Assembly (NCBI GenBank): GCA_021770095.1
Contig: JAETRQ010000004.1
Span: 30,998-94,997, forward strand
Direction: 5' to 3'
Length of the DNA stretch: 64,000 nt
Source: Eubacteriaceae bacterium
GTDB taxonomy: Bacteria > Bacillota > Clostridia > Oscillospirales > Acutalibacteraceae
Shown here piece by piece: positions 38,801 through 48,660 of this stretch. A model generated the notes under the pieces. That model ran no database searches and had not been told where the DNA came from. It saw only the letters and a list, made by a program, of their open reading frames with translations. The position numbers and the translations under genes were made by a program. Positions within the stretch are counted from its first letter, which is position 1, and every line of letters begins with the position of its first letter.

Positions 38801-40192
38801 ATCGAAAACTTAACCTTTATTGATTTTTTCAGCGGTATCGGAGGTTTTCGCAAAGGCTTGGAACTTTGCGGAATGACCTGTAAAGGACATTGTGAAATTG
38901 ACAAGTATGCAGATAAAAGTTACCGTGCAATATTCGATATTAAGGAGGATGAATGGTATGCAGAGGACATCACAAAAGTTAAGGGAGAAGAACTCCCAAG
39001 AGTTAACATATGGACAGCCGGATTTCCGTGTCAGGACATTTCTGTCAGCGGTAAACAGAGAGGGCTTGCAGGAGAAAGAAGCTCTCTCTTTTTTGAAATT
39101 ATTAGACTGCTCAAAAGCAAAAATGCCGAAGATAGACCCGAATGGCTTATCTTTGAAAATGTTAAAAATTTGTTCTCAGTTAATAAAGGATGGGACTTTG
39201 CGACCGTTCTCAATTCACTGGCCGAAGTCGGCTATAATATCGAATACGGACTGCTTAATTCAAAATTCCACTGCGTACCGCAAAACAGAGAACGAGTGTA
39301 TATTGTCGCTTATCGACATTTTAGAGCCGACAGTAGACGAAAAGTATTTCCTGTCCGAGCATCAGACGCGAAGGCTCTTATACAGTTAATCGGCGGCAGA
39401 CAAGGTGACAGAGTATATGACTCAAAAGGTATAAGTTGTACCCTTACCGCAACAGGCGGTGGCTTTGGAGGAAGAACAGGAATGTACTTTATTGACCTGT
39501 GCAAAGGCAAGCCGACATTGACGGAAAATGCTCGATGTATTAAGGCGAGATATGACAACGGAATATCAAACCTATCAGCGGATAAGTCAGGTGTATTGTG
39601 CTTATCCGCTGATTGTTCTGAAAGGACAAATGAGATTTTGCCAATCAAATTTCAGAGAGGCAATCCGAAGATTAATGATAAAGGAATTAGTAATTGTATA
39701 TCGGCAGGATATAACAAAAGCGGTGTGAATAACAGAGGTGAAGCCACAGGAGTGTTCTATGGCTGCCGTGCTGTTTTAACTCCAGACAGAGAGAAAAAAC
39801 GGCAAAACGGCAGACGATTTAAAGAGTGCGGTGAGCCGTCATTTTGCCTTACTGCACAGGATAAACACGGCGTATATCTCTGCTCCTGCAGTGATTGTGA
39901 ACACGCTATGCCGATAAAAGATGCGACAGGTAAGAGTTATGCAGATAGCCACATTTGCGATAAAACTGTTGATATTGCAGGATGCGGCAGAATACGAAAA
40001 CTTACACCGAGAGAATGTTTCAGATTGCAGGGATTTTCTGATGAGATGTTTGACAAAGCCGCCGCTGTAAATTCGGACAGTCAGTTATATAAGCAGGCAG
40101 GAAACGGTGTGACAATCCCTGTTGTCTATGCCGTAGGCAGCCGAATTACAGCAATAGAAAAGGAGCTTATGCTCACGCAGAAAGCAGCATAA
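38801..40192 (+). CDS. dcm: DNA (cytosine-5)-methyltransferase with a long Cys-rich target-recognition region
   Basis: Motif I FFSGIGG is encoded at ~38826-38846, upstream of the first canonical start (TTG 38858). Motif IV GFPCQDIS, then ENVKNL, QNRERVYIV, RKLTPRECFRLQGF and QAGNGVTIPV. The start is tentatively placed at ATC 38801, 7 nt after AGGAGG. Confidence 0.85.
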   Translation: MENLTFIDFFSGIGGFRKGLELCGMTCKGHCEIDKYADKSYRAIFDIKEDEWYAEDITKVKGEELPRVNIWTAGFPCQDISVSGKQRGLAGERSSLFFEIIRLLKSKNAEDRPEWLIFENVKNLFSVNKGWDFATVLNSLAEVGYNIEYGLLNSKFHCVPQNRERVYIVAYRHFRADSRRKVFPVRASDAKALIQLIGGRQGDRVYDSKGISCTLTATGGGFGGRTGMYFIDLCKGKPTLTENARCIKARYDNGISNLSADKSGVLCLSADCSERTNEILPIKFQRGNPKINDKGISNCISAGYNKSGVNNRGEATGVFYGCRAVLTPDREKKRQNGRRFKECGEPSFCLTAQDKHGVYLCSCSDCEHAMPIKDATGKSYADSHICDKTVDIAGCGRIRKLTPRECFRLQGFSDEMFDKAAAVNSDSQLYKQAGNGVTIPVVYAVGSRITAIEKELMLTQKAA

Positions 40193-40378
40193 CAAGAGGG
40201 ATATATGGGCAACCCGTAAGGTGTTGCATCACCTTAGCAAGCAGACCGTTTTTACTCCTATCGTCAAAAAACAATGCTTGTTAGGGAGATGTCCCTAAAA
40301 CCCCTTGAACAAAATATGTTGAGTATTCATTATTTTTGTGATAAAATTATTTTGTGATGAAATATCGGAGGTAAAAAT

Positions 40379-41239
40379 ATGCCTGATAATATTGAATTAT
40401 TTGAAGATAAGGAAATACGAACTGCTTGGGACAATGATAAGGAAGAATGGTATTTTTCCATTGTTGATGTAATAGCGGTTTTAACCGATCAGCCTGATTT
40501 TCAAAAATCAAGAAAATATTGGAATAAATTAAAGCAGCGTCTTGCGGAAGAAGGAAATCAAACGGTGACAAATTGTCACCAGTTGAAAATGACCGCAAGA
40601 GATGGCAAAAAAAGATTTACCGATGTCGCTGATACAGAACAACTTTTGAGAATCATTCAATCTGTTCCGTCAAAAAAAGCAGAGCCGTTTAAGATGTGGC
40701 TTGCACAGGTCGGCAGAGAAAGAATTGAAGAAACGATTGATCCTGAACTTGCCATTGACAGAGCAGTAGAAACTTATCAGAAGAAAGGTTATCCTAATGA
40801 TTGGATTCATCAAAGACTTTTAGCAATTCGTATCAGAAACGAACTGACAGATGAATGGCAAAAGCGTGGTGTTGAAAAAGGCAGAGAATATGCAATTCTT
40901 ACCGATGAGATTACAAAGGCTTGGTCAGGAATGAATACAAGACAATATAAAAATCTTAAAGGTTTGAAAAAGGAAAACCTTAGAGATAATATGAGTAATC
41001 TTGAACTTGTTTTGACTATGCTTGCAGAAGCATCAACAAAAGAAATTTCCGAATCTGAAAACCCACAGACTTTCGAAGAAAACAGAGCGGTTGCAAACAG
41101 AGGAGGAAAGGTTGCAGGTGACGCACGAAAATCTATTGAAACGCAAACAGGCAAGCCTGTAATAACATCACAAAATGCAGCAGAACTGAATGAAGTTGTT
41201 GTAAAGGCTATTGAAGATATTTCAAACAAAAATGAATAA
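40379..41239 (+). CDS. Bro-N / DinD-like DNA-binding protein
   Basis: FEDKEIRTAWDNDKEEWYFSIVDVIAVL (Bro-N-like N-terminus) and KAEPFKMWLAQVGRERIEE. Confidence 0.65.
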   Translation: MPDNIELFEDKEIRTAWDNDKEEWYFSIVDVIAVLTDQPDFQKSRKYWNKLKQRLAEEGNQTVTNCHQLKMTARDGKKRFTDVADTEQLLRIIQSVPSKKAEPFKMWLAQVGRERIEETIDPELAIDRAVETYQKKGYPNDWIHQRLLAIRIRNELTDEWQKRGVEKGREYAILTDEITKAWSGMNTRQYKNLKGLKKENLRDNMSNLELVLTMLAEASTKEISESENPQTFEENRAVANRGGKVAGDARKSIETQTGKPVITSQNAAELNEVVVKAIEDISNKNE

Positions 41240-41297
41240 TGATGGTATAAGCACTTGTTATAAAAATGACAGGTGCTTTTTTATATCAAAAAAGGAG

Positions 41298-41459
41298 ATG
41301 ATTGATTTGGAATTTTTGATTTTTACTGTAGGTGTTATTGTTGGCGGTTTATTCGGAATGACAACTCTCTGCCTTGTTCAAATTAACAGACAAACTGAAA
41401 ATGAATTGAGAAAAGCAGAACACTCTCTTTCGGAGGTTGGAAGTGAAACGGAAAATTAA
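41298..41459 (+). CDS. small single-TM protein (DUF3789-like)
   Basis: MIDLEFLIFTVGVIVGGLFGMTTLCLVQ... The start is either ATG 41298 or TTG 41307. It precedes mobC, as in related ICEs. Confidence 0.45.
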   Translation: MIDLEFLIFTVGVIVGGLFGMTTLCLVQINRQTENELRKAEHSLSEVGSETEN

Positions 41460-41781
41460 AAAGCAATTTTGGTGCAATGAAAAAGAAGATAATACACTGA
41501 AAGATAAAGCGAGCAGATGCGGAATTACCGAAGCTGCTTTTTTGCGATTGGTTATTATGGGTATTGTTCCGAAAGAAAAACCCGATAAAGCGTTCTATGA
41601 TGTAATGAGAAACCTCTCGTCAATGACCAACAGTTTAAATCAGGTTGCTGCCAAAGCAAACTCACTTGATTTTGTTGATGCTCCTCTGCTTATGAAAGCA
41701 ATCGGAAATATTGAAAAAATGCAGGATGATTTGCACGAGTATTTTATCAAGCCTGAACGAGATACGCACCTATGGCAGTAA
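41437..41781 (+). CDS. mobC: MobC-family relaxosome accessory protein
   Basis: ...ASRCGITEAAFLRLVIMG...MRNLSSMTNSLNQVAAKAN is a MobC-like pattern. It lies directly upstream of and overlaps the relaxase gene. Confidence 0.8.
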   Translation: MEVKRKIKKQFWCNEKEDNTLKDKASRCGITEAAFLRLVIMGIVPKEKPDKAFYDVMRNLSSMTNSLNQVAAKANSLDFVDAPLLMKAIGNIEKMQDDLHEYFIKPERDTHLWQ

Positions 41782-43151
41782 CAAAACTTTGGAAAGTTGA
41801 AAGCAATCTGAAAAAAGTTCTTGATTACACTAAAAATCCTGATAAAACACGCAAGTTAAAATACTCACTGAAAGATATTCAGTCTTTGAAAAATGTTCTT
41901 GCTTATGCAAAGGATGAAGAAAAGACGGAACAGGAATTTTATGTGTCAGGAATAAATTGTAATTCAGCCAAAGCGTGTGAACAGTTTGTTGATGTCAAAA
42001 CACAATACGGAAAGACTGGCGGAATACAGGCATATCACGGATATATAAGTTTTAAGGATACGGACAATGTTACACCTGAACTTGCCCACCAAATCGGAAT
42101 GGAATTTGCGAGACGGGTATGGGGTGACAGATTTCAGATTGTAGTGACTACTCATTTGAATACAAAATGTCTGCACTGTCATTTTGTTATCAACTCAGTT
42201 TCATTTTCTGACGGAAAGATGATGCACGGAAAAGAAAAGGCTTGGTTTTATTTCCGTCACATTGCGGATGAGGTTTGCAGAGAATATAACCTGTCTGTCA
42301 TTGATAATCCTGACAGGAACAGACCGCCGAATTTTATTGTTATGCAGGATAGAAATAATGACAGTCAGCCGACAAGGTATAATCTCATTCGTAATGCTAT
42401 TGATGAAGCTATTGCAAACAGTGGCTCAATGGCAGAGTTTAAACACAATCTTTCTAAAATGGGATACAGTTATAAAATCAGTCCTAATTTGAAATATTGG
42501 ACAGTAATTCCAAAGGGATATAAACAGTCTGTAAGACTTTACCGCTTGGGTGATAATTATACCAATATCAGAATACAGGAACGAATTGCAGAAAACGGTT
42601 TATATATCCGATTAAAACCTTTTCAGAAAAATATATCCTATTCCGTACCGAAAGAAATTGATTTGCGTTGTAAAAAAGGCAGTCTGTATAACCGATACTT
42701 GTATTATTGCTACAAGCTCGGCTACCTGCCAAAAAAAGAAAAACCGAAATACAACAATGCAAAGCTCCATTACCTTTTGCGTGAAGATTTAATGAAGCTT
42801 GATAAAATAACGGAAGAAACAAGGCTGCTTGCCAAGTATCAGATTGATACAGACAAGCAGCTTTTTTCTTTTAAGGATTCACTTGAAAATGAAATCAGAA
42901 GTCTTACGGCAGACAGAACACATTTGCGAAATAAAATACGAAGAAAGAATATTGATGATGTTACACTGTCCAAAGCCAAAGATGAGATTTCGGAAATAAG
43001 CAGAAGATTAAAAACTTTGCGCAGGGAAATTGCTCTATGTGATGATATTGCAGTAAGGTCAAAAGTTATGGAAAAGAATATTGAACAGATAGAGCGAGAC
43101 GAAGAAAAATCCAAAGATAAGGAAGTGAGAAATTATGAACAATGGCGGTGA
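41772..43151 (+). CDS. relaxase/mobilisation nuclease
   Basis: N-terminal relaxase domain with the histidine triad context VVTTHLNTKCLHCHFVINSV. The C-terminus is coiled-coil. Confidence 0.88.
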   Translation: MAVTKLWKVESNLKKVLDYTKNPDKTRKLKYSLKDIQSLKNVLAYAKDEEKTEQEFYVSGINCNSAKACEQFVDVKTQYGKTGGIQAYHGYISFKDTDNVTPELAHQIGMEFARRVWGDRFQIVVTTHLNTKCLHCHFVINSVSFSDGKMMHGKEKAWFYFRHIADEVCREYNLSVIDNPDRNRPPNFIVMQDRNNDSQPTRYNLIRNAIDEAIANSGSMAEFKHNLSKMGYSYKISPNLKYWTVIPKGYKQSVRLYRLGDNYTNIRIQERIAENGLYIRLKPFQKNISYSVPKEIDLRCKKGSLYNRYLYYCYKLGYLPKKEKPKYNNAKLHYLLREDLMKLDKITEETRLLAKYQIDTDKQLFSFKDSLENEIRSLTADRTHLRNKIRRKNIDDVTLSKAKDEISEISRRLKTLRREIALCDDIAVRSKVMEKNIEQIERDEEKSKDKEVRNYEQWR

Positions 43152-44034
43152 TGCAGCCGAACAGATAGTAAGGCTGTCACTTGAGGGATTTGAAGTTGCC
43201 GCAAAAATCACAGGCGAAGCCGTCAAAGATATTGCACTCCTTTTAATTTCTGTTCTGAAACAGGAACAAAAAACAAAGGGCAAGGCAAGGCTTACAAATA
43301 TGATTAAGTCCGGCAAGGAACTGAAAGTATTTTCTGTTGAACAAAAGGACTTGAAAAAGTTTACACAGGAAGCGAAAAAGTACGGTGTACTTTATACAGT
43401 TCTGCGCGACAAGTCTAACAAGGATAAAAATGCAGAAGTCGATATTATTGCCCGTGCAGAAGATGCGTCAAAAATTCAAAGAATTGTTGAACGCTTTGAA
43501 CTCGGTACGGTTGATAAGGCTGAAATCGTTACTCAGGCAGAAAAGAATATTGAAAAACGAAGGTCTGATGAAAATGAGCCGACTGCACCAAATGAAAATA
43601 CCGATGAAATTCTTGATGCAATATTTGCAGACAACACAGAGGTATCGACTGAGAGAACATCAATACAGAGTGTTCCTGAGCAGGAAAGAACAGACGCTGA
43701 TTTTCTTTTTGATGCAATCAGGCAGGAGCCTGTGCAGAAAGAAACTGATTATGTAAACCCCTCTTCAGCGAAAACGGAAAAAAGCCCTCCGTCAGAGCTT
43801 TACTCAGGCAAAGAAGGAATGTCTACTGATAAGGGTACTGCAAAAAAATCCGACAGAGAGTCCGTTCATGAAAAGTTAGAAGGCTACAAAGTTCAGATGA
43901 AAAAGCAGAAAGAAGCAGTAAGCATTTCTAAAGAAGCGGATGAAAGACCAAAGGCAGAGTTAAAGTCTGTGGTAACAGAGCATCAGCATCCGAAAATTAA
44001 CATTAAAAAATCTACAATTCAAAAGGAGAAATAA
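43135..44034 (+). CDS. PcfB-family (DUF3801) protein
   Basis: AEQIVRLSLEGFEVAAKITGEAVKDIALLL...KELKVFSVEQKDLKKFTQEAKKYGVLYTVL. Confidence 0.8.
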   Translation: MNNGGDAAEQIVRLSLEGFEVAAKITGEAVKDIALLLISVLKQEQKTKGKARLTNMIKSGKELKVFSVEQKDLKKFTQEAKKYGVLYTVLRDKSNKDKNAEVDIIARAEDASKIQRIVERFELGTVDKAEIVTQAEKNIEKRRSDENEPTAPNENTDEILDAIFADNTEVSTERTSIQSVPEQERTDADFLFDAIRQEPVQKETDYVNPSSAKTEKSPPSELYSGKEGMSTDKGTAKKSDRESVHEKLEGYKVQMKKQKEAVSISKEADERPKAELKSVVTEHQHPKINIKKSTIQKEK

Positions 44035-44039
44035 CAATT

Positions 44040-44906
44040 ATGGTATATAATCCGAAAAGAAGAAATTATGTGATGTCCGGTCCAAAATATGCAAAATTCA
44101 AAGCCGATGAAAAAGATTACGATTACAAACTTATCGACAAAAGGACAGATGAAATTGTATCAAGTCCCGAAAAACTGATTGAATATCTTGAATTTCAGTC
44201 GAGAATGGATCGCTACACGGTTGCAAATGCAATGCTCATTATGTCAAGATGTCCGCAGGCTTCACAGCTTAAGGAAAAGGAAGAATGGAAAAAGCTGAAT
44301 ATTTCATTGAAAAAAGGTGCTAATGAAATTCATGTGCTTAAACCTGAAAAGTATTTTAAGAACGGCAAGGCACAGACAAGCACCAATGTGAAGTATGTAT
44401 ATGACATTTCACAGACCAATGCCCTGCCCGATCCTGAAAAGGCGAAAAGATATGATGAAAGAGCACTTGTATCTGCCCTGCTTGCAACGGCAAAGATTGA
44501 AAAGGTTGTTGCAAAAGAGCTGCCGATTCCTGATACCTGTGCATTTTTCGACTGTGAAAACAATACGCTTGTACTCAAAGAAAAAGGCGGCAGCGGTGCG
44601 AAACTCTTTCAGGATATTGCAAGAGAATTATCTCTCTCCGAGATTGCCTACAACAGTGATGAGTACAACCGCAGTGAGTGTGAATTTCCTGCCGAGTGTT
44701 CGGTATATATGCTTTGCAGAAAATATGGCATTGATACGCAGGGACTTAATATCCATTCTGTTCCTGATGAATGGGCAAATAAAGAGCAAAAGGATGTCCG
44801 CTTAAATCTTACAATGGCAAGAGATTCCCTCAACACCATCGGCTCAAGAATGTATAACGAGCTTAACCGTGAGAAAGAGCCGAAACAGCAGGAACAGTCA
44901 CGCTGA
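44040..44906 (+). CDS. ArdC-N-like (ssDNA-binding / antirestriction-type) protein
   Basis: LEFQSRMDRYTVANAMLIMSRCPQASQLKEKEEWKKLNISLKKGANEIHVL resembles the N-terminus of the polyvalent protein and the ArdC N-domain. Confidence 0.5.
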   Translation: MVYNPKRRNYVMSGPKYAKFKADEKDYDYKLIDKRTDEIVSSPEKLIEYLEFQSRMDRYTVANAMLIMSRCPQASQLKEKEEWKKLNISLKKGANEIHVLKPEKYFKNGKAQTSTNVKYVYDISQTNALPDPEKAKRYDERALVSALLATAKIEKVVAKELPIPDTCAFFDCENNTLVLKEKGGSGAKLFQDIARELSLSEIAYNSDEYNRSECEFPAECSVYMLCRKYGIDTQGLNIHSVPDEWANKEQKDVRLNLTMARDSLNTIGSRMYNELNREKEPKQQEQSR

Positions 44907-44918
44907 CGAGGTGCCTCA

Positions 44919-45116
44919 ATGAAAGAAGAAAGATATTATTTTTCATTTGATAGCTGCGAACAAGGCATATTGCTCCGAACTCTCAATGACAAGAAAACCG
45001 ACCTTATACGAAACGGAAAATCAACCGATGCAGTTGATGAACTCATTGTAAAGGTCGGAACTGCTCCGACAAAGAAATTCAAAGTGGTTGAAAGGTCAAG
45101 TGCCTATGCAAGATAG
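44919..45116 (+). CDS. hypothetical small protein
   Basis: 65-aa ORF preceding and overlapping the coupling-protein gene. Confidence 0.4.
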   Translation: MKEERYYFSFDSCEQGILLRTLNDKKTDLIRNGKSTDAVDELIVKVGTAPTKKFKVVERSSAYAR

Positions 45117-46899
45117 GAATAACAAACAGGCTTTTACTATTCTGTCTGTTTTAGGTATTATTCCTGTTATATGGTTTGGTTTGCTGATTGCCCCGTCAGT
45201 TCACGGCGGTCTACCTGAAATATTATCAACAATGGCAGAAATATCAAATCATCCGTTTCATATCTCAGTTTGTGAGGACAGTGTAAAAACTGTCCTCGTT
45301 TTGCTTTTGTTGTATGCCGTAGCCGTATGTGCCTTTATATCAAGTATACGAAACACACGAAGGGGTGAAGAACACGGCTCAGCCAAGTGGGGCAACAAGT
45401 TCAAGGTGAACAAGAAATATCACCAAAAGCCTGACAACAATAACAAGATTATGACTCAAGAAGTGAGTATCGGTCTGAATGCAAAAAAGCACCGACGAAA
45501 CCTAAATACAATTGTGTGCGGAGGCTCCGGTGCAGGTAAAACCTTTTTCTATGCAAAACCGAACATTATGCAGTGTAACTGTTCGTATGTCATTACTGAT
45601 CCAAAAGGAGATATACTGCGAGATTGCGGTGCAATGCTCAAGGCGGAGGGGTATAAAGTCCTTGCACTTGATTTAATCAATATGGAACAAAGCAACTGCT
45701 ACAATCCTTTTGTATATCTGAAAAATGACAATGACATTCAAAGGCTTGTAACAAACCTTTTTAAAGCAACTACCCCTAAAAACGCACAGAGCAATGATCC
45801 TTTTTGGGACACGGCTGCACAGATACTTTTGCTTGCACTGATATTTTACCTGCACTATGAAGCACCCGAAGAAGAACAGAATTTTGCAATGGTAATGGAA
45901 ATGCTACGAGCTGCCGAGATTGAAGATGAAGAAGACCCATTCAGTCCGCTTGACAGACTTTTCTATGATTTGGAAATGAGAAAACCTGACCATATTGCAC
46001 TCAAGTATTATCATTCCTATCATTCAGGTGCAGCCAAGACACTGAAATCCATTCAAATTACACTTGTTGCAAGGCTTGAAAAATTCAACCTTGAAAGTTT
46101 ATCGGCATTGACTGCCTGTGATGAGCTTGACTTAGGCTCTTTAGGTGAACAGAAAGTTGCCTTATTTGCTGTATTACCCGACAATGATACAAGTTTTAAT
46201 TTTCTCATTTCTATTCTATACACGCAGCTTTTTCAGCAGTTATTCTATTCAGCCGACATCATACACAAAGGCGCACTCCCTATGCCTGTGCATTTCTGTA
46301 TGGATGAATTTGCAAATATCTCTCTGCCTGATGATTTTGACAAGATATTGTCTGTTATGCGTTCAAGGGGTGTATCAGTATCTATCATCATACAGAACTT
46401 AGCACAGCTTAAAGCATTATTTGAAAAGCAATGGGAATCTATTGTCGGTAACTGTGATGAATTTCTCTATCTTGGCGGTAACGAACAAAGCACGCACAAA
46501 TATGTATCGGAACTACTCGGCAAGGAAACAATCGACACAAACACTTACGGCAAAAGCAGAGGTCGAAACGGCAGTTATTCAACAAACTACCAAAACAGTG
46601 GCAGAGAGCTTATGACACCTGATGAAGTGAGAATGCTTGACAACAAGTATGCCATCCTTTTCATTCGTGGTGAAAGACCTATACTTGATTTCAAGTATGA
46701 CATTTTCAAGCATCCTAAATTTCATCTTACAGAAGATGGCGGAGCAAAACCTTATTTGCACAATGAGGTCAACAAAAACATTGCATCTATTTCATTTCTC
46801 AATATTCCTATTGAGGATATTGCAGAAATTGAAACACCTGATTCCGATAACTATGAGCTTTTATCGGAAGAAGAATTACAGAAAGAATTTAACATTTAA
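45106..46899 (+). CDS. type IV coupling protein (VirD4/TraG family)
   Basis: N-terminal TM helices, Walker A VCGGSGAGKTF and Walker B-like HFCMDEFANI. Confidence 0.9.
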   Translation: MQDRNNKQAFTILSVLGIIPVIWFGLLIAPSVHGGLPEILSTMAEISNHPFHISVCEDSVKTVLVLLLLYAVAVCAFISSIRNTRRGEEHGSAKWGNKFKVNKKYHQKPDNNNKIMTQEVSIGLNAKKHRRNLNTIVCGGSGAGKTFFYAKPNIMQCNCSYVITDPKGDILRDCGAMLKAEGYKVLALDLINMEQSNCYNPFVYLKNDNDIQRLVTNLFKATTPKNAQSNDPFWDTAAQILLLALIFYLHYEAPEEEQNFAMVMEMLRAAEIEDEEDPFSPLDRLFYDLEMRKPDHIALKYYHSYHSGAAKTLKSIQITLVARLEKFNLESLSALTACDELDLGSLGEQKVALFAVLPDNDTSFNFLISILYTQLFQQLFYSADIIHKGALPMPVHFCMDEFANISLPDDFDKILSVMRSRGVSVSIIIQNLAQLKALFEKQWESIVGNCDEFLYLGGNEQSTHKYVSELLGKETIDTNTYGKSRGRNGSYSTNYQNSGRELMTPDEVRMLDNKYAILFIRGERPILDFKYDIFKHPKFHLTEDGGAKPYLHNEVNKNIASISFLNIPIEDIAEIETPDSDNYELLSEEELQKEFNI

Positions 46900-46920
46900 C
46901 GGAGGTATTATTCTTAATCT

Positions 46921-47256
46921 ATGAAAAAACTTAACAAGAAAAATCCCATTCTTAAAAAAAGGGATAAAAAATTAAGCAGAATACTTGCTGTTTGTTCGGC
47001 AATCGTATTCTGCTTTTGTTTTGGCATTACTGCTTACGCTGCAGGTGATCCCCTGACTGTTGTAAACAATCTTTCAACCTTTATCTTCGGACTTATCCGT
47101 GCAATCGGCATTATCATTCTTGGTTGGGGTGTTGTGCAGGTCGGATTATCTTTTCAGTCCCACGATCCCTCACAGCGTTCAAACGGTTTCCTTACCCTTG
47201 CAGGCGGTATTGTTGTTACCTTTGCAAAAGAAATCCTTGATTTGATTATAGGTTGA
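46921..47256 (+). CDS. Maff2-family small membrane protein
   Basis: Signal/TM segment, AAGDPL, then two hydrophobic helices (IFGLIRAIGIIILGWGVVQVGLSF...LAGGIVV). Confidence 0.75.
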   Translation: MKKLNKKNPILKKRDKKLSRILAVCSAIVFCFCFGITAYAAGDPLTVVNNLSTFIFGLIRAIGIIILGWGVVQVGLSFQSHDPSQRSNGFLTLAGGIVVTFAKEILDLIIG

Positions 47257-47294
47257 TAAAATAAAAACCAGAGGTTTCTCTGGTTTTTACATAT

Positions 47295-48497
47295 TTATTT
47301 AAACTTGATAATTTCATCATATGATAATTTTTTTCGTTTTGCTTTTAAAGAAAAACTTTTTTTGAATCCTTTTATGTAATTATTAATATCAACGGCATAT
47401 TCGATTGTGTCAATAAGCGTTTCACACAAAATAGTATTGGATATGTTATAATGCTCATTCATTACATTAATTTTATCATCATCACTTATTATTCTACGGT
47501 TATCGAAGTTTATATTATTAAGTTCACTCTCGACAAATTCTTTACAAATTAAATTGTTTTTATCGTTAATTATAAGCAAATATGAAATATCAAATCCTTT
47601 TAATCCATGAATATATTTATTAAGAGCAGAAGTGGTATAAAATGATTCCGAATTTTTGAAATTTTTCATTATGTTTTCAATTTGATTTATATATTCTGAT
47701 ATTCCTTTACAATCGTGTAATCTGCATGGGAGCTCTGTAGTTTTGCTAACTTTTTCAAAAGAATCTTTATCTGTATTATATTCATATTCACCGAATTTAT
47801 CCGATATCATAGAAGCTAATGCATATACTTTTCCGTTATATTTTGATGTACCTAATATAATCTCTATGTTCTCACAAAGACACTTGTATAATTTATTGAA
47901 TACTATACATAACTTTTTATGAGTATTAATAATTTCTTTTAATTCTTCATCATGAATTTCTGTAATTATTTTATTGATAAATTTATCTTTTAAAAATCCA
48001 TATAATAGTAAAAACAAGCTACATATTGACAAAACAAACCACTTATTTTCGTTTAATAGAAACATTATTCTTTTTAAGCTCTCAAAGTTAATATATTTTT
48101 CAAATATTGCCTTTATAGTAGAAAAATTATTTATACTAAATGATATAATAATAGCACTTATCAAACATAAAAAAACTACAAATAAATTTCTTTTTGTTTT
48201 TTCAGAAAAAATTTTTGTATCAAAATAGGAATTATTGAAATCATCTTGCTTTATTCTAAATGGTTTTATAGTTAAAATAAAAATCATAAAGTTTTTATAA
48301 ATGCGATAATTTAGAATAAGCAGTTTGCCAATAACTATTTGATTTTTATGGTTTGAATGTTTAATTAAAAATTTTTGTATTTTTGAATATGTCGATATTG
48401 AAAAAGTAAATATTCCTTCACAAAGTAAAGTTAAAATTAATAAAACAATTAGTAGAATAATAAAAACACCAAAACAATTTTTAATAATTACAATCAT
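47295..48497 (-). CDS. 400-aa protein with N-terminal TM helices and an uncharacterised cytoplasmic C-terminal domain (antisense cargo)
   Basis: Very AT-rich and Lys/Asn/Ile-rich. About 4-5 TM segments in the first ~190 aa. No motif recognised. It is inserted between the Maff2 and MT-A70 genes on the opposite strand. Confidence 0.6.
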   Translation of the reverse strand: MIVIIKNCFGVFIILLIVLLILTLLCEGIFTFSISTYSKIQKFLIKHSNHKNQIVIGKLLILNYRIYKNFMIFILTIKPFRIKQDDFNNSYFDTKIFSEKTKRNLFVVFLCLISAIIISFSINNFSTIKAIFEKYINFESLKRIMFLLNENKWFVLSICSLFLLLYGFLKDKFINKIITEIHDEELKEIINTHKKLCIVFNKLYKCLCENIEIILGTSKYNGKVYALASMISDKFGEYEYNTDKDSFEKVSKTTELPCRLHDCKGISEYINQIENIMKNFKNSESFYTTSALNKYIHGLKGFDISYLLIINDKNNLICKEFVESELNNINFDNRRIISDDDKINVMNEHYNISNTILCETLIDTIEYAVDINNYIKGFKKSFSLKAKRKKLSYDEIIKFK

Positions 48498-48621
48498 GAA
48501 AAAGCTCCCAAATTAGCATCATTAAAGATATAATGAAATTTTCTATATATTAATACTTTGACAGATTTTTCCTAATAAGTCAATACAAATCATGTAATAA
48601 AACTGAATATTGTAATTACAT

Positions 48622-48660
48622 AAGTCCTGAATGACGAGTCGACACCATTCAGGACTTTTC
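48622..48660 (+). terminator. terminator-like hairpin overlapping the annotated ATG of the MT-A70 gene
   Basis: 12-bp stem AAGTCCTGAATG/CATTCAGGACTT. The 12-nt loop contains GTCGAC. It is followed by TTTTC. Confidence 0.55.

Noticed and set aside
38892-39389. 165-aa alternate-frame ORF inside dcm
   Set aside because: It has no RBS and no recognisable family, unlike the TnpV-like nested ORF. The dcm frame carries all the conserved motifs.
40331-40363. Direct repeat TATTTT(T)GTGAT(A/G)A twice, upstream of the Bro-N-like gene
   Set aside because: It is short and AT-rich and plausibly just promoter -35/-10-like sequence. That is not enough to call an operator.
40810-41229. 139-aa antisense ORF within the Bro-N/DinD-like gene
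   Set aside because: It is a shadow ORF with a Ser/Phe-rich translation.
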